Below are positions 41,406 through 50,101 of a stretch of 55,136 nt of DNA, in pieces (the stretch's first letter is position 1; each line of letters opens with the position of its first letter). The notes under the pieces were generated by a model. The model made no database searches. It worked only from the letters and a program-made list of their open reading frames with translations, and had not been told where the DNA came from. A program made the translations under genes and the position numbers. The DNA comes from Steroidobacteraceae bacterium (GTDB taxonomy: Bacteria > Pseudomonadota > Gammaproteobacteria > Steroidobacterales > Steroidobacteraceae): contig JBIITU010000001.1 of NCBI GenBank assembly GCA_044340335.1, forward strand, positions 1-55,136. The letters are read 5' to 3'.

Positions 41406-43948
41406 GCCGCCTGGAAGCCGCCCACGCCCTGCGGCGCTGCCGCGCGCGGTGGTGCCGCCGCCATCGTGCCGAGCTCATGTGGTTCGAAGTCGTCGACGTG
41501 GATCAGCTCCATGACCTTGCGATCGTAGTCGCGCAGCTGCGCAGCTTCGGTCTCGGAGATCATGCCGGCCGCCAGCGCCTGGGTGACCTGCCCCGGCACG
41601 TCGAGCGCGGTGACGCGTCCCGTCTTGACGCCCTCGACACGGATGCGCTTCTCGAGCGGCTCGGTGCTCTGCGCGAGTTCGAGCGCTTCCTGCAGCAGGC
41701 CAAGCGGATTGTGCGGCTGCACCTCGCGGTACACGGGGTAGCACAACCGGTCGCGCACGGCGGTCGGGTTCAGCACGAGGTCGGCAAGGTGCCGCCCCGA
41801 ACGATCGCTGGGTGCCGAATACTGCAGGCCGCGTGGGAAGATGAAGAAGCGCATGAAGCCGGCGATGAACGGGCTCGGGAAATTGCGCAGGAAGTCGTGC
41901 AGTTGCTCCTGCGCGCGATACAGCAGGTGGCGGCAGGCCCACTCGACGATGGGCAGGTCTTCGGCGCGGCGGCCCTGGTTCTCCCAGTGCTTGAGCACCA
42001 TCGAGGCGATGTACATGTTCGACAGCACGTCGCCGAGGCGCGCCGAGAGATTCTCTTTCTTCTTCAGGTAGCCGCCAAGGGTCAGCATCGCGACATCGAC
42101 TGCGAACGCGAACGAGGCCGAGAAGCGCACGATGTGCTGGAAGTAGCGCTTCTCCGCGCCCGTACCAGGAACCGGCGTGAAGCGCGCATTGGTCAGCGCC
42201 ATGACGAGCGAGCGCACCGCGTTACTGATCGTGAAGCCGATGTGGCCGAACAACGCGCGATCGAATTCGTCGACGCCGCGGGCGCGATCCGGGTTGCGCG
42301 CGGCTTCCATTTCCTTCAACACGAACGGATGGCAGCGCACGGCACCCTGGCCGAAGATGATCAGGCTGCGCGTCAGGATGTTCGCGCCCTCGACCGTGAT
42401 CGCGACCGGCACGACCTGGTAGCCGCGGCCCAGATAGTTGCGGGGCCCGAGGCAGATGCCCTTGCCGCCCTGCACGTCCATCGCGTCGTTGGCGATCTGC
42501 CGGCTCATCTCGGTGACGTGATACTTCAGCATCGCCGACGGCACAGAGGGCTTCTCGCCGCCGTCGATCGCGCCGGCGGTCACCGAGCGCGCCGCATCCA
42601 TCGCATAGGTGTAGCCGACCATGCGCGCGATGACGGTCTCGACACCCTCGAACTTGCCGACCGGCATGTTGAATTGCCGCCGGATGCGCGCATAGGCGCC
42701 GGTCGCGAACACGGCGGCCTTGGCGCCGCCCGTGCCGTTCGACGGCAGCGAGATGCAGCGGCCGACCGACAGCTGTTCGACCAGCATGCGCCAGCCCTGG
42801 CCCGCCATCTTCGGACCGCCGATGATGAAATCGAGCGGCACGAAGACGTCGCGGCCCTGGATCGGTCCGTTCTGGAACGGGATGTTCAGCGGAAAGTGGC
42901 GCCTGCCGATGGTGACGCCGGCCGTGTCGCGTGGGATCAGCGCGACCGTGATGCCGAGGTCGGCCTTGTCGCCGATCAGCTTGTCCGGGTCGAACATCTT
43001 GAAGGCGAGACCGATGACCGTCGCGACCGGTGCGAGCGTGATGTAGCGCTTCGAGAAATTCAGCTTCACGCCCGTGATCTCGCGACCCTGCCACATGCCT
43101 TTGCAGATGACGCCGGTATCCGGCATCGATGCTGCGTCGGAGCCCGCGCGTGGCCCGGTCAGCGCGAAGCAGGGTACTTCGAGGCCGCTTGCGAGCCGCG
43201 GCAGATAGTGGCTCTTCTGTTCTTCGGTGCCGTAGTGCTGCAGCAGTTCGGCCGGGCCGAGCGAGTTCGGCACCGCGACGGTCGAGCCGACCGTGGCGCT
43301 GCGGCTCGCGAGCTTCGCGAGCACGCAGGAATGCGCGTACGCCGAGAACTCGAGCCCGCCGTACTGCTTCTGGATGATCATCGCGAAGAAGCCCTTCGAC
43401 TTCAGGAAATCCCAGACTTCCGGCGGCAGGTCGCCGCGGCGGTGCGTGATGTCGAAGTCGTCGACCATCCGGCACAGCTCTTCGCAGGGACCGTCGAGAA
43501 AGGCCTGTTCCTCCGCAGTCAGCGTCGGCACTTTCGCCGACATCAGCTTCGACCAGTTGGGGTTGCCGGTGAACAACTCGCCATCCCACCAGACCGTGCC
43601 GGCTTCGAGCGCTTCCTTCTCGGTCTGCGACATCGCCGGCAGCAGCTTGCGATACGTGCGCAGGAACGGGCGCGAGATCAGCGCCTTGCGTAGCGGCCGG
43701 AAGTTCAGCGCCCACAGCGTGCCGAGCAGCACCCACAGGAAGCCTTTCCAGACGCCGGCGGGTGCGCCGACGAACGTGTAGGCCGCGAGCAGCACCGTGA
43801 ACGTCAGCGTGAAGCTGAGCAGGCTCATGCGGCGGTAGGCGAGATACAGCACCGCGACGACGAACAGCAGCGCGATGACGCCGCCGGGCATGGTCAGGGC
43901 ATAGAGCGCGCCGGCGAGCAGCGCGAGGACAACGAGGGCACGAACCAT
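41402..43948 (-). CDS. fadE: acyl-CoA dehydrogenase FadE
   Basis: Colinear by eye with E. coli FadE (TEKEALEAGTVWWDGELF, FFAMIIQKQYGGLEFSAYA, GITVALIP, FPLNIPFQNGP, and others). Trimmed to MVRALVV. Confidence 0.95.
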   Translation of the reverse strand: MVRALVVLALLAGALYALTMPGGVIALLFVVAVLYLAYRRMSLLSFTLTFTVLLAAYTFVGAPAGVWKGFLWVLLGTLWALNFRPLRKALISRPFLRTYRKLLPAMSQTEKEALEAGTVWWDGELFTGNPNWSKLMSAKVPTLTAEEQAFLDGPCEELCRMVDDFDITHRRGDLPPEVWDFLKSKGFFAMIIQKQYGGLEFSAYAHSCVLAKLASRSATVGSTVAVPNSLGPAELLQHYGTEEQKSHYLPRLASGLEVPCFALTGPRAGSDAASMPDTGVICKGMWQGREITGVKLNFSKRYITLAPVATVIGLAFKMFDPDKLIGDKADLGITVALIPRDTAGVTIGRRHFPLNIPFQNGPIQGRDVFVPLDFIIGGPKMAGQGWRMLVEQLSVGRCISLPSNGTGGAKAAVFATGAYARIRRQFNMPVGKFEGVETVIARMVGYTYAMDAARSVTAGAIDGGEKPSVPSAMLKYHVTEMSRQIANDAMDVQGGKGICLGPRNYLGRGYQVVPVAITVEGANILTRSLIIFGQGAVRCHPFVLKEMEAARNPDRARGVDEFDRALFGHIGFTISNAVRSLVMALTNARFTPVPGTGAEKRYFQHIVRFSASFAFAVDVAMLTLGGYLKKKENLSARLGDVLSNMYIASMVLKHWENQGRRAEDLPIVEWACRHLLYRAQEQLHDFLRNFPSPFIAGFMRFFIFPRGLQYSAPSDRSGRHLADLVLNPTAVRDRLCYPVYREVQPHNPLGLLQEALELAQSTEPLEKRIRVEGVKTGRVTALDVPGQVTQALAAGMISETEAAQLRDYDRKVMELIHVDDFEPHELGTMAAAPPRAAAPQGVGGFQAA

Positions 43949-44092
43949 GTGTGCACCATCAGCGAGTGAAACAGATGGTGCCCAATATAGCCCTGCGCTG
44001 CTGGCGCGGTAAGGGACGCGGCGCACGCTGGCGGCCGGGGTCTGCCGCCCCGACGGCGCGTGCCAGCTGCAGTGCGCCAGCCGGCTGCGTTG

Positions 44093-44770
44093 TCAGCGCG
44101 GTGGCGGGGTTTCCCCGCTGTAGCGGATCGGTGTTGCGCCCGTGATTGCCCCCACCGTGGCCCGGTCGCTGACGTACAGCGCGACCGGGTGCTCGAAACG
44201 CAGCCGGCCCGCGACGCTGCAGCCCGGACCGATCACGATGCGCGGCGGCGGCTTGTCGCCCCAGTTCAGGCTCATGGAGGGCTTCTCGACCACCAGGTCG
44301 CCATCGATCCGCGCGCCGTCGGCGAGCTCGATGTCGCCGCGCACCGTCTCGACATTGCCGGCAACGCGCGCGCCCCGCAGTGTCAGTCGGCCGTTGACGT
44401 TCTCGAGGTTGCCGGCGACCGCGCTGTCGGGGCCGATCTCGACGGCGCCGTTGACGGTTTCGACGTTGCCGCTGATCTGCGCGCCCTTGCCAACGCGCAC
44501 GCTGCCGTTGACGACCTCGAGCGACCGCGCCCGGACGCCATCTTCGGCATTGATGCTGCCGTTGACTGTCTCGGCATCGTTGACTTCGGCGCGGGCGCCG
44601 AGCGTGATCGAACCATTGACGGTCTCGACGTCGCCGGCGCGCTCGCCGGCAGCGATGCTGATCGAACCGTTGATGCGCGAACGGTCGCGCGGTGCGTCGG
44701 CTGCCAGCGCGGTGGCACCCAGCAAGGTGGCGGCGACCAGGACGGTCGCGAGCGGGCTGATCCGGATCAT
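44093..44770 (-). CDS. secreted beta-helix repeat protein (seven 18-19-aa [VL]E[TVN]VNG repeats)
   Basis: Signal peptide MIRISPLATVLVAATLLGATALA. Repeated VETVNGSI / LENVNGRL units reminiscent of bactofilin/DUF583-type windings. Confidence 0.75.
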   Translation of the reverse strand: MIRISPLATVLVAATLLGATALAADAPRDRSRINGSISIAAGERAGDVETVNGSITLGARAEVNDAETVNGSINAEDGVRARSLEVVNGSVRVGKGAQISGNVETVNGAVEIGPDSAVAGNLENVNGRLTLRGARVAGNVETVRGDIELADGARIDGDLVVEKPSMSLNWGDKPPPRIVIGPGCSVAGRLRFEHPVALYVSDRATVGAITGATPIRYSGETPPPR

Positions 44771-44774
44771 CGGG

Positions 44775-44804
44775 AACTCCCCATCAAGTCAATGATGGGG
44801 AGTT
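44775..44804 (-). terminator. perfect 11-bp hairpin between mdh and the repeat-protein gene that contains the downstream SD
   Basis: AACTCCCCATC-aagtcaat-GATGGGGAGTT. On the minus-strand mRNA the 3' arm carries GGGGAG 6 nt before the ATG at 44770. Confidence 0.5.
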
Positions 44805-44836
44805 GGATGCGCTGCCCGACGATCCGGTTTGAATGG

Positions 44837-45817
44837 TCAGCCCAGCAGGTCCTTGACGCCGTCGCGCTCCTCGAGCAATTCGGCGTGCGTCGCGTCCATG
44901 CGCTTGCGGCTGAACTCGTCGACCGCGAGGCCCTGGACGATTTCGTACTGACCGCCCTTGCAGACCACCGGATACGAGTAGATGACGCCTTCCGGGATGC
45001 CGTAGCTGCCGTCCGACGGAATGCCCATCGACAGGTAGTCGCCGGCGGCGCTGCCCTTGGCCCAGTCGCGGATGTGGTCGATCGCCGCGGACGCGGCCGA
45101 CGCAGCCGACGACGCGCCACGCGCCTTGATGATGGCCGCGCCGCGTTGCTGCACGGTCGGAATGAAGTTCGTCTCGATCCAGTTCTGGTCGACCAGCGAC
45201 TTGGCCGCCTTGCCGCCGACGAGGCAGTGGCTGAGGTCGGGATACTGCGTCGCCGAGTGGTTGCCCCAGATGATCATCCGCTGGATGTCGTTGACGTGCT
45301 TGCCGGTCTTCTCGGCGAGCTGCGACAGCGCGCGGTTGTGATCGAGGCGCGTCATCGCCGTGAAGCACTTCGGGTTCAGCGACGGCGCGTTCTTCATCGC
45401 GATCAGCGCGTTGGTGTTGGCCGGGTTGCCGACCACGAGCACGCGCACGTCGCGGCTCGCGACGTCGTTCAGCGCCTTGCCCTGCGCCGAGAAGATCTGC
45501 GCATTGGCCAGCAGCAGGTCCTTGCGCTCCATGCCGGGGCCGCGCGGCCGCGCGCCGACCAGCAGGCCGACGTGCAGGTCCTTGAACGCGACGCGCGCAT
45601 CGTCGGTGGCGACGATCTTGTTCAGCGTCGGGAAGGCGCAGTCGTTGAGCTCCATGACCACGCCCTGCAGGGTTGGCAGCGCCGGCGTGATCTCGAGCAG
45701 GTGCAGGTTGACGGGCTGGTCGGGGCCGAGCAGGGCGCCCGAGGCGACACGGAAGGCGAGGGCGTAACCGATCTGGCCGGCGGCACCGGTGATCGCGACA
45801 TTGACCGGGGTTTTCAT
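44837..45817 (-). CDS. mdh: malate dehydrogenase
   Basis: [27 protein letters not shown]...ELNDCAFP is the LDH-like MDH family signature. Confidence 0.97.
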   Translation of the reverse strand: MKTPVNVAITGAAGQIGYALAFRVASGALLGPDQPVNLHLLEITPALPTLQGVVMELNDCAFPTLNKIVATDDARVAFKDLHVGLLVGARPRGPGMERKDLLLANAQIFSAQGKALNDVASRDVRVLVVGNPANTNALIAMKNAPSLNPKCFTAMTRLDHNRALSQLAEKTGKHVNDIQRMIIWGNHSATQYPDLSHCLVGGKAAKSLVDQNWIETNFIPTVQQRGAAIIKARGASSAASAASAAIDHIRDWAKGSAAGDYLSMGIPSDGSYGIPEGVIYSYPVVCKGGQYEIVQGLAVDEFSRKRMDATHAELLEERDGVKDLLG

Positions 45818-45924
45818 GAGATGGGGTGGCTCTGTGGCTGAAAAGGCGCGCGAATTCTAGGCCGTTTTGGCCGCCGTTTCATGCCGCGTGTCGCAGCATC
45901 CGCGGCCCGGCGCGCGCCGGTCGC

Positions 45925-46755
45925 TCAGGGTTCCAGCAGCGGGCGCAGCGCGGGCGGCAGTTCGGTATCCGGATGCTGGTTGCGGAAGGCGGCGAGCTCG
46001 CGCCGTGCGCCATCCAGGTCGCCGGCCGCCCGCAGGGCCTCGATGCGAGCCAGCCAGGCGGCGATGGTCTCGGTCCCGCCTGGGCTCGCCGCGGTCGCGC
46101 CCAGCGCTTCACGGCGCACGGCGCTGTCGGCCACGCTCTCGGCGGCGGCCGCGCGGCGAGGTGCCGGTGGTGCGGCTACCGCGTCCATTGCGGCCACTGG
46201 CGCTGGCGCCGGCACGGGTGGTGCGGCGGGCGCGGGTGGTAGTGCAGGCGGCGGCGACGGTGCCGCACGGGGGGCCGACATGACGACGGGCGGCGCCGCG
46301 ACTGCGGGCACGGGTGCGACCTCAAGCGGCGCCACCTGCACGGGTGCCACTTCGGCGGCCGCGGTCTCGGCAGGTGCGTTGGCCAGCACGGGCATTTCCT
46401 TCTGCATCGCAGATTCCGCAACGCCGGCTGGCACATCGCCGTCGGCAGCGCGCGTCGCGCCGTCGGCCCGTTCGGCGGTGCGCTGCGCGATCACGTCGCG
46501 ACTGTCCATCTGCATGACCAGCGTGAACGACAGCAGCACGGTCGCGGCCAGCGCGAGCGGCACCGTCCAGCGCGGCGCGCGATGGAAGCGCGGTGGCGCA
46601 ACCGGCGGCTGCAGCAGCGTCGCGCGCGCGCGTGCCAGCACGGCGCGGTCGACGGCCTCGTCCGGCCCGTCCAGATCCGCGTCGAATTGCGGCACGAAGC
46701 GCTCCTTGCGCTGCAGCCGCAGTTCGAATTCATCGTCGCGATCCACGGGGTTCAT
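45925..46755 (-). CDS. anti-sigma factor-like membrane protein with a Pro/Ala-rich periplasmic region
   Basis: ATGA overlap with the upstream ECF sigma gene. A cytoplasmic N-terminus is followed by a single TM helix (WTVPLALAATVLLSFTLV) and a low-complexity periplasmic part. Confidence 0.7.
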   Translation of the reverse strand: MNPVDRDDEFELRLQRKERFVPQFDADLDGPDEAVDRAVLARARATLLQPPVAPPRFHRAPRWTVPLALAATVLLSFTLVMQMDSRDVIAQRTAERADGATRAADGDVPAGVAESAMQKEMPVLANAPAETAAAEVAPVQVAPLEVAPVPAVAAPPVVMSAPRAAPSPPPALPPAPAAPPVPAPAPVAAMDAVAAPPAPRRAAAAESVADSAVRREALGATAASPGGTETIAAWLARIEALRAAGDLDGARRELAAFRNQHPDTELPPALRPLLEP

Positions 46756-47345
46756 GATGCGCTGTCCTCGCGCAGCGTCTGCATCGACTCGCGCAGCTTC
46801 GCGACTGCATAGCGCAGTCGGCTCTTGACGGTCTCGCGGCCGACGCCGGTCACGGCGGCGATGTCCTCGAGCGTGAGTCCGGCCTCTTCGTGCAGCAGGA
46901 ACGCGTCGCGCTGATCGGCGGGCAAGGCGTCGAGCGCGGCGCGCAGCCGCTGTTTCAATTCGCCGGTGTGCGCCTGGTGCGCGGGGTCATCCTCGGCCGC
47001 GCCCTGCCAGTCGATTTCAGTGCCATCGGCCTGCGTCGCGGAGCTGACCGGCCGCACAGCGCTGCGGCGGCAGTGATCGATGAAGCAGTGATGCGCGATC
47101 GTGTACAGGAAGGTCTGGAAGCGCGCGCGCGGTTCGTAGCGCAGTCGCGCATCGACGAGCTTGCCCCAGGCCTCCTGGAACAGGTCATGCGCGAGCTCGC
47201 GCTGCCGCGTGTGCCGCATCAGGTAGCGGAACAGCGGCTGGCGATGCCGCGCGTACAGGCGATCGAAGGCCTGCGGATTGCCGGCGGCGTAGGCAAGCAT
47301 CAGTGCCTCATCGGACTCATCGGCCTGGGCATCGCCATCGGGCAT
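46752..47345 (-). CDS. ECF-type RNA polymerase sigma-70 family factor
   Basis: Regions 2 and 4 are present (FDRLYARHRQPLFRYL, DLFQEAW, LPADQRDAFLLHEEAGLTLEDIAAVTGVGRETVKSRLRYA). Trimmed to MPDGDAQ. Confidence 0.9.
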   Translation of the reverse strand: MPDGDAQADESDEALMLAYAAGNPQAFDRLYARHRQPLFRYLMRHTRQRELAHDLFQEAWGKLVDARLRYEPRARFQTFLYTIAHHCFIDHCRRSAVRPVSSATQADGTEIDWQGAAEDDPAHQAHTGELKQRLRAALDALPADQRDAFLLHEEAGLTLEDIAAVTGVGRETVKSRLRYAVAKLRESMQTLREDSAS

Positions 47346-47523
47346 GGGCGCCACTGTACCGCCGCGCCGGGATGCTGCGGCGACCCGATACGAGCCCTGG
47401 CTCAAGGAGTTGTCGAGGCGCATTCCCCCCTTGAACGGCTCGGGCAAGCGACCGGGGTCAAACTATTTTCTTTTTAAAAACATGGACTTGCTAAAAATCC
47501 AGGGCAGCTTGCGTATTTTTCTG

Positions 47524-47561
47524 TTGACTCAGTGTTGGTGTTGTAGTGATATATAACACCA
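47524..47561 (+). promoter_or_regulatory. sigma70-like promoter (TTGACT, N18, GATATA) with an overlapping 7-bp inverted repeat TGGTGTT-N12-AACACCA
   Basis: It lies in the only clearly AT-rich stretch of the window, about 60 nt upstream of the small ORF at 47617. The palindrome brackets the -10 element and is a candidate GntR/YtrA operator. Confidence 0.45.
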
Positions 47562-47616
47562 TGAGCGGGGCGGGCAGTGAGCCAGCCCCGGATGACAAAC
47601 CCCAAGGAGAAGACAA

Positions 47617-47832
47617 ATGGAAACGATCAACAAGAGCAGCGTGCAGGGCATGGCGATGGCAGCGGTGGTCGCGTTGGCGCTGACCTGGAGCATGAGCTAC
47701 GCCTTCGTCGAGTCGACGGCAGTGGCGCGTTGGGTCAATGCCGCGGAACTCGCCGGCGGCGTGGTTGCCAGGGTCTCCGAAGCGGGTCCCGCCAAGGGCG
47801 CCGCAGCGTCGCCTGTTAAAGTAGTGTTCTAG
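47617..47832 (+). CDS. small single-TM membrane protein (71 aa), first gene of the gntR-ABC operon
   Basis: AAGGAG lies 8 nt upstream of the ATG. High GC3. One TM helix (MAMAAVVALALTWSMSYAF). Confidence 0.55.
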   Translation: METINKSSVQGMAMAAVVALALTWSMSYAFVESTAVARWVNAAELAGGVVARVSEAGPAKGAAASPVKVVF

Positions 47833-47859
47833 CCAGCCGCAACACCGCACGGCCCTGGC

Positions 47860-48291
47860 ATGGAGCAGATACTGATGGACCCGCAGTGGGACGACAGCTC
47901 GCCGATCTACCGGCAGCTGCGTGACCGGGTGGTGGCGATGATCCTCGAGGGTGTCCTCAAGGAAGGCGATCCGCTGCCCTCGGTCCGCAACGTCGCTGCG
48001 GAGTTCCGCCTGAATCCGCTGACTGTGCTGAAGGGCTATCAGCAACTGGTGGATGAGCAACTCGTCGAGAAGCGCCGCGGCCGCGGCATGTACGTCAATG
48101 TCGGCGCCCGCGCGGCGTTGATGAAAGACGAGAAGCAGCGCTTCCTCGACGACGAGTGGCCCAGGGTGCACGCGCGCATCGCGCGCCTCGGCCTCGATCT
48201 CGGCGAACTGCTGAAGGTGCCGCTCGCGGCGAGCGATACCCAGGGCTGGACACGGGTGGCCGACGATACCGACAGCGAGCGAGAGACATGA
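47860..48291 (+). CDS. GntR-family transcriptional regulator, short YtrA-like subfamily
   Basis: PIYRQLRDRVVAMILEGVLKEGDPLPSVRNVAAEFRLNPLTVLKGYQQLVDEQLVEKRRGRGMYV is a GntR wHTH, followed by a short helical C-terminus. Confidence 0.9.
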   Translation: MEQILMDPQWDDSSPIYRQLRDRVVAMILEGVLKEGDPLPSVRNVAAEFRLNPLTVLKGYQQLVDEQLVEKRRGRGMYVNVGARAALMKDEKQRFLDDEWPRVHARIARLGLDLGELLKVPLAASDTQGWTRVADDTDSERET

Positions 48292-49154
48292 CGACCCCGG
48301 TAATCGAAGCGCGCGGACTCGCGAAGTCCTATGGCGCGCATCGCGCCCTCGACGGCGTGGACTTCCGCATCGACAGCGGCCGCATCGTCGGCCTGATCGG
48401 CCCGAATGGCGCCGGCAAGACCACCGCGCTGAAGGCGGTGCTCGGGCTGACGCCGTTCGAGGGCGAGCTGCGCGTGCTGGGCCTCGACCCGTTCACGCAG
48501 CGTGACGCACTGATGCGCGACGTCTGCTTCATTGCCGACGTGGCCGTGCTGCCGAAGTGGCTGCGGGTCACGCAGGCGCTCGATTACGTCGAGGGCGTGC
48601 ATCCGCGCTTCCAGCGCGCCACGGCCGAGGAGTTCCTGCGCAAGACCGACATCCGCATGAAAAGCCGGGTGCGCGAGCTGTCGAAGGGCATGGTCACGCA
48701 GCTGCACCTGGCGCTGATCCTCGCGATCGACGCGAAGCTGCTGGTGCTCGATGAGCCCACGCTCGGCCTCGACCTGCTGTTCCGCCGCGCTTTCTACGAC
48801 ACGCTGCTGAACGACTACTTCGACAAGGAGCGCACGATCATCGTGACGACGCACCAGGTGGAGGAAGTCGAGAATCTGCTGACCGACGTCATGTTCATCA
48901 ACCGCGGCAAGGTCGTGCTCGACACGCCGGTCGAGGCGATCGGCGAGCGCTACCTGCAGGTCGTGACGACGCCCGACAAGGCCGAGGCTGCACGCGCGCT
49001 CGGCCCGCTGCACGAGCGCGAGGTGTTCGGGCGCATCGGCATGGTGTTCGAAGGTCGCAGCGCCGCGGAGCTCAAGCCGTTTGGCGACGTGCGACCGCCC
49101 GCGCTGTCGGATCTGTTCGTCGCGCGCATCCAGGGCGCGAGGGTGGCGTCATGA
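48288..49154 (+). CDS. ABC transporter ATP-binding protein
   Basis: Walker A GPNGAGKTT, signature LSKGM, Walker B LLVLDEPT. ATGA overlap with gntR. Confidence 0.92.
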   Translation: MTTPVIEARGLAKSYGAHRALDGVDFRIDSGRIVGLIGPNGAGKTTALKAVLGLTPFEGELRVLGLDPFTQRDALMRDVCFIADVAVLPKWLRVTQALDYVEGVHPRFQRATAEEFLRKTDIRMKSRVRELSKGMVTQLHLALILAIDAKLLVLDEPTLGLDLLFRRAFYDTLLNDYFDKERTIIVTTHQVEEVENLLTDVMFINRGKVVLDTPVEAIGERYLQVVTTPDKAEAARALGPLHEREVFGRIGMVFEGRSAAELKPFGDVRPPALSDLFVARIQGARVAS

Positions 49155-50074
49155 AGTATTGGCAGACGCTGATCCGGCGCGAATTCTGGGAGCACCGGGC
49201 GCTGTGGCTCGCGCCGCTGGTGGTGGCCGGGCTGCTGGTCATCCTGACGCTGCTGAGCGGCGGCGTGCACATCCCTGCCGACGCGCGCGTCGAAATCGAA
49301 GGCGCGCAGGTCGAGTTCGTCAAGGCCTTGACCGAGGAGCGCGCCGCGAAGCTGTTCGGCGTGCTGATCGCCGGACTCTATGTCCCGCAGCTGATCGTCA
49401 TGCTGATCGTGCTCGGCTTCTACATGCTCGATGCGCTCTTCAGCGAGCGCAAGGATCGCAGCATCCTGTTCTGGAAGTCGCTGCCGGTCTCCGATGCGCA
49501 CACGGTGGCTACCAAAGCGCTGGTCGCGCTGCTGATCGTCCCGCTCGGCGTCTGGGCGATCTCGGTGCTGACGAGCCTCGCGATCGTCGGCGCGCTGAGC
49601 CTCAAGCTCGCCGGCGGCCCGTTCGCGACCCTGGTGCAGTGGAACACGCCGATCTGGTTCGGTGTGCAGGGCGCCATGTTCACGGGCACGCTGATCGCGG
49701 CGCTGTGGTATGCGCCGATCGCCGCGGTGTTGCTGCTGATCTCCGCCTGGGCGCGCCGCAACGTGTTCCTGTGGGCGGTGCTGCCACCGGTCGGCCTGAT
49801 GCTGCTGGAGGAGACGGCGTTCAACACCAATCACGTGGCGCGCTTCGTCGAGTACCGCTTCGGCGGTTTCTTCGATGCGCTGGGCATCGGCGTGAACCGC
49901 AGTGACGCGACGATCGGCGTCACCGACCGGCAGTTCGAGAAGATCGGCGAGGTCTACAGCAGGCTCGATGTCACGCCGCTGCTGGCCAACGTCGACCTGT
50001 GGCTGGGCGTGGCCGCGGCGGTCGGCATGCTGTGGGCCACGATGCAGATCCGGCGGCGGCGCGACGACACCTGA
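49151..50074 (+). CDS. ABC-2-type transporter permease
   Basis: 6 TM helices. The ERKDRSILFWKSLPVSD motif is typical of ABC-2 permeases. ATGA overlap with the ATPase gene. Confidence 0.8.
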   Translation: MKYWQTLIRREFWEHRALWLAPLVVAGLLVILTLLSGGVHIPADARVEIEGAQVEFVKALTEERAAKLFGVLIAGLYVPQLIVMLIVLGFYMLDALFSERKDRSILFWKSLPVSDAHTVATKALVALLIVPLGVWAISVLTSLAIVGALSLKLAGGPFATLVQWNTPIWFGVQGAMFTGTLIAALWYAPIAAVLLLISAWARRNVFLWAVLPPVGLMLLEETAFNTNHVARFVEYRFGGFFDALGIGVNRSDATIGVTDRQFEKIGEVYSRLDVTPLLANVDLWLGVAAAVGMLWATMQIRRRRDDT

Positions 50075-50101
50075 GGCTGCGCGCGGCGCGGCTCCCGGGT
50101 A

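Noticed and set aside
46150-46400. Apparent repetitiveness in Pro/Ala-rich coding stretches (anti-sigma factor 46150..46400, gspB 36100..36300, the secreted protein 32560..32650).
   Set aside because: This is low-complexity GC-rich coding sequence without a consistent repeat unit. It is not a tandem DNA repeat and not a CRISPR-like array.
47482-47556. A 24-codon ORF (MDLLKIQGSLRIFLLTQCWCCSDI) in the AT-rich island.
   Set aside because: It has no SD and its codon usage is unlike the rest of the genome. It overlaps the predicted -35/-10 elements, so the region is more parsimoniously explained as promoter DNA.
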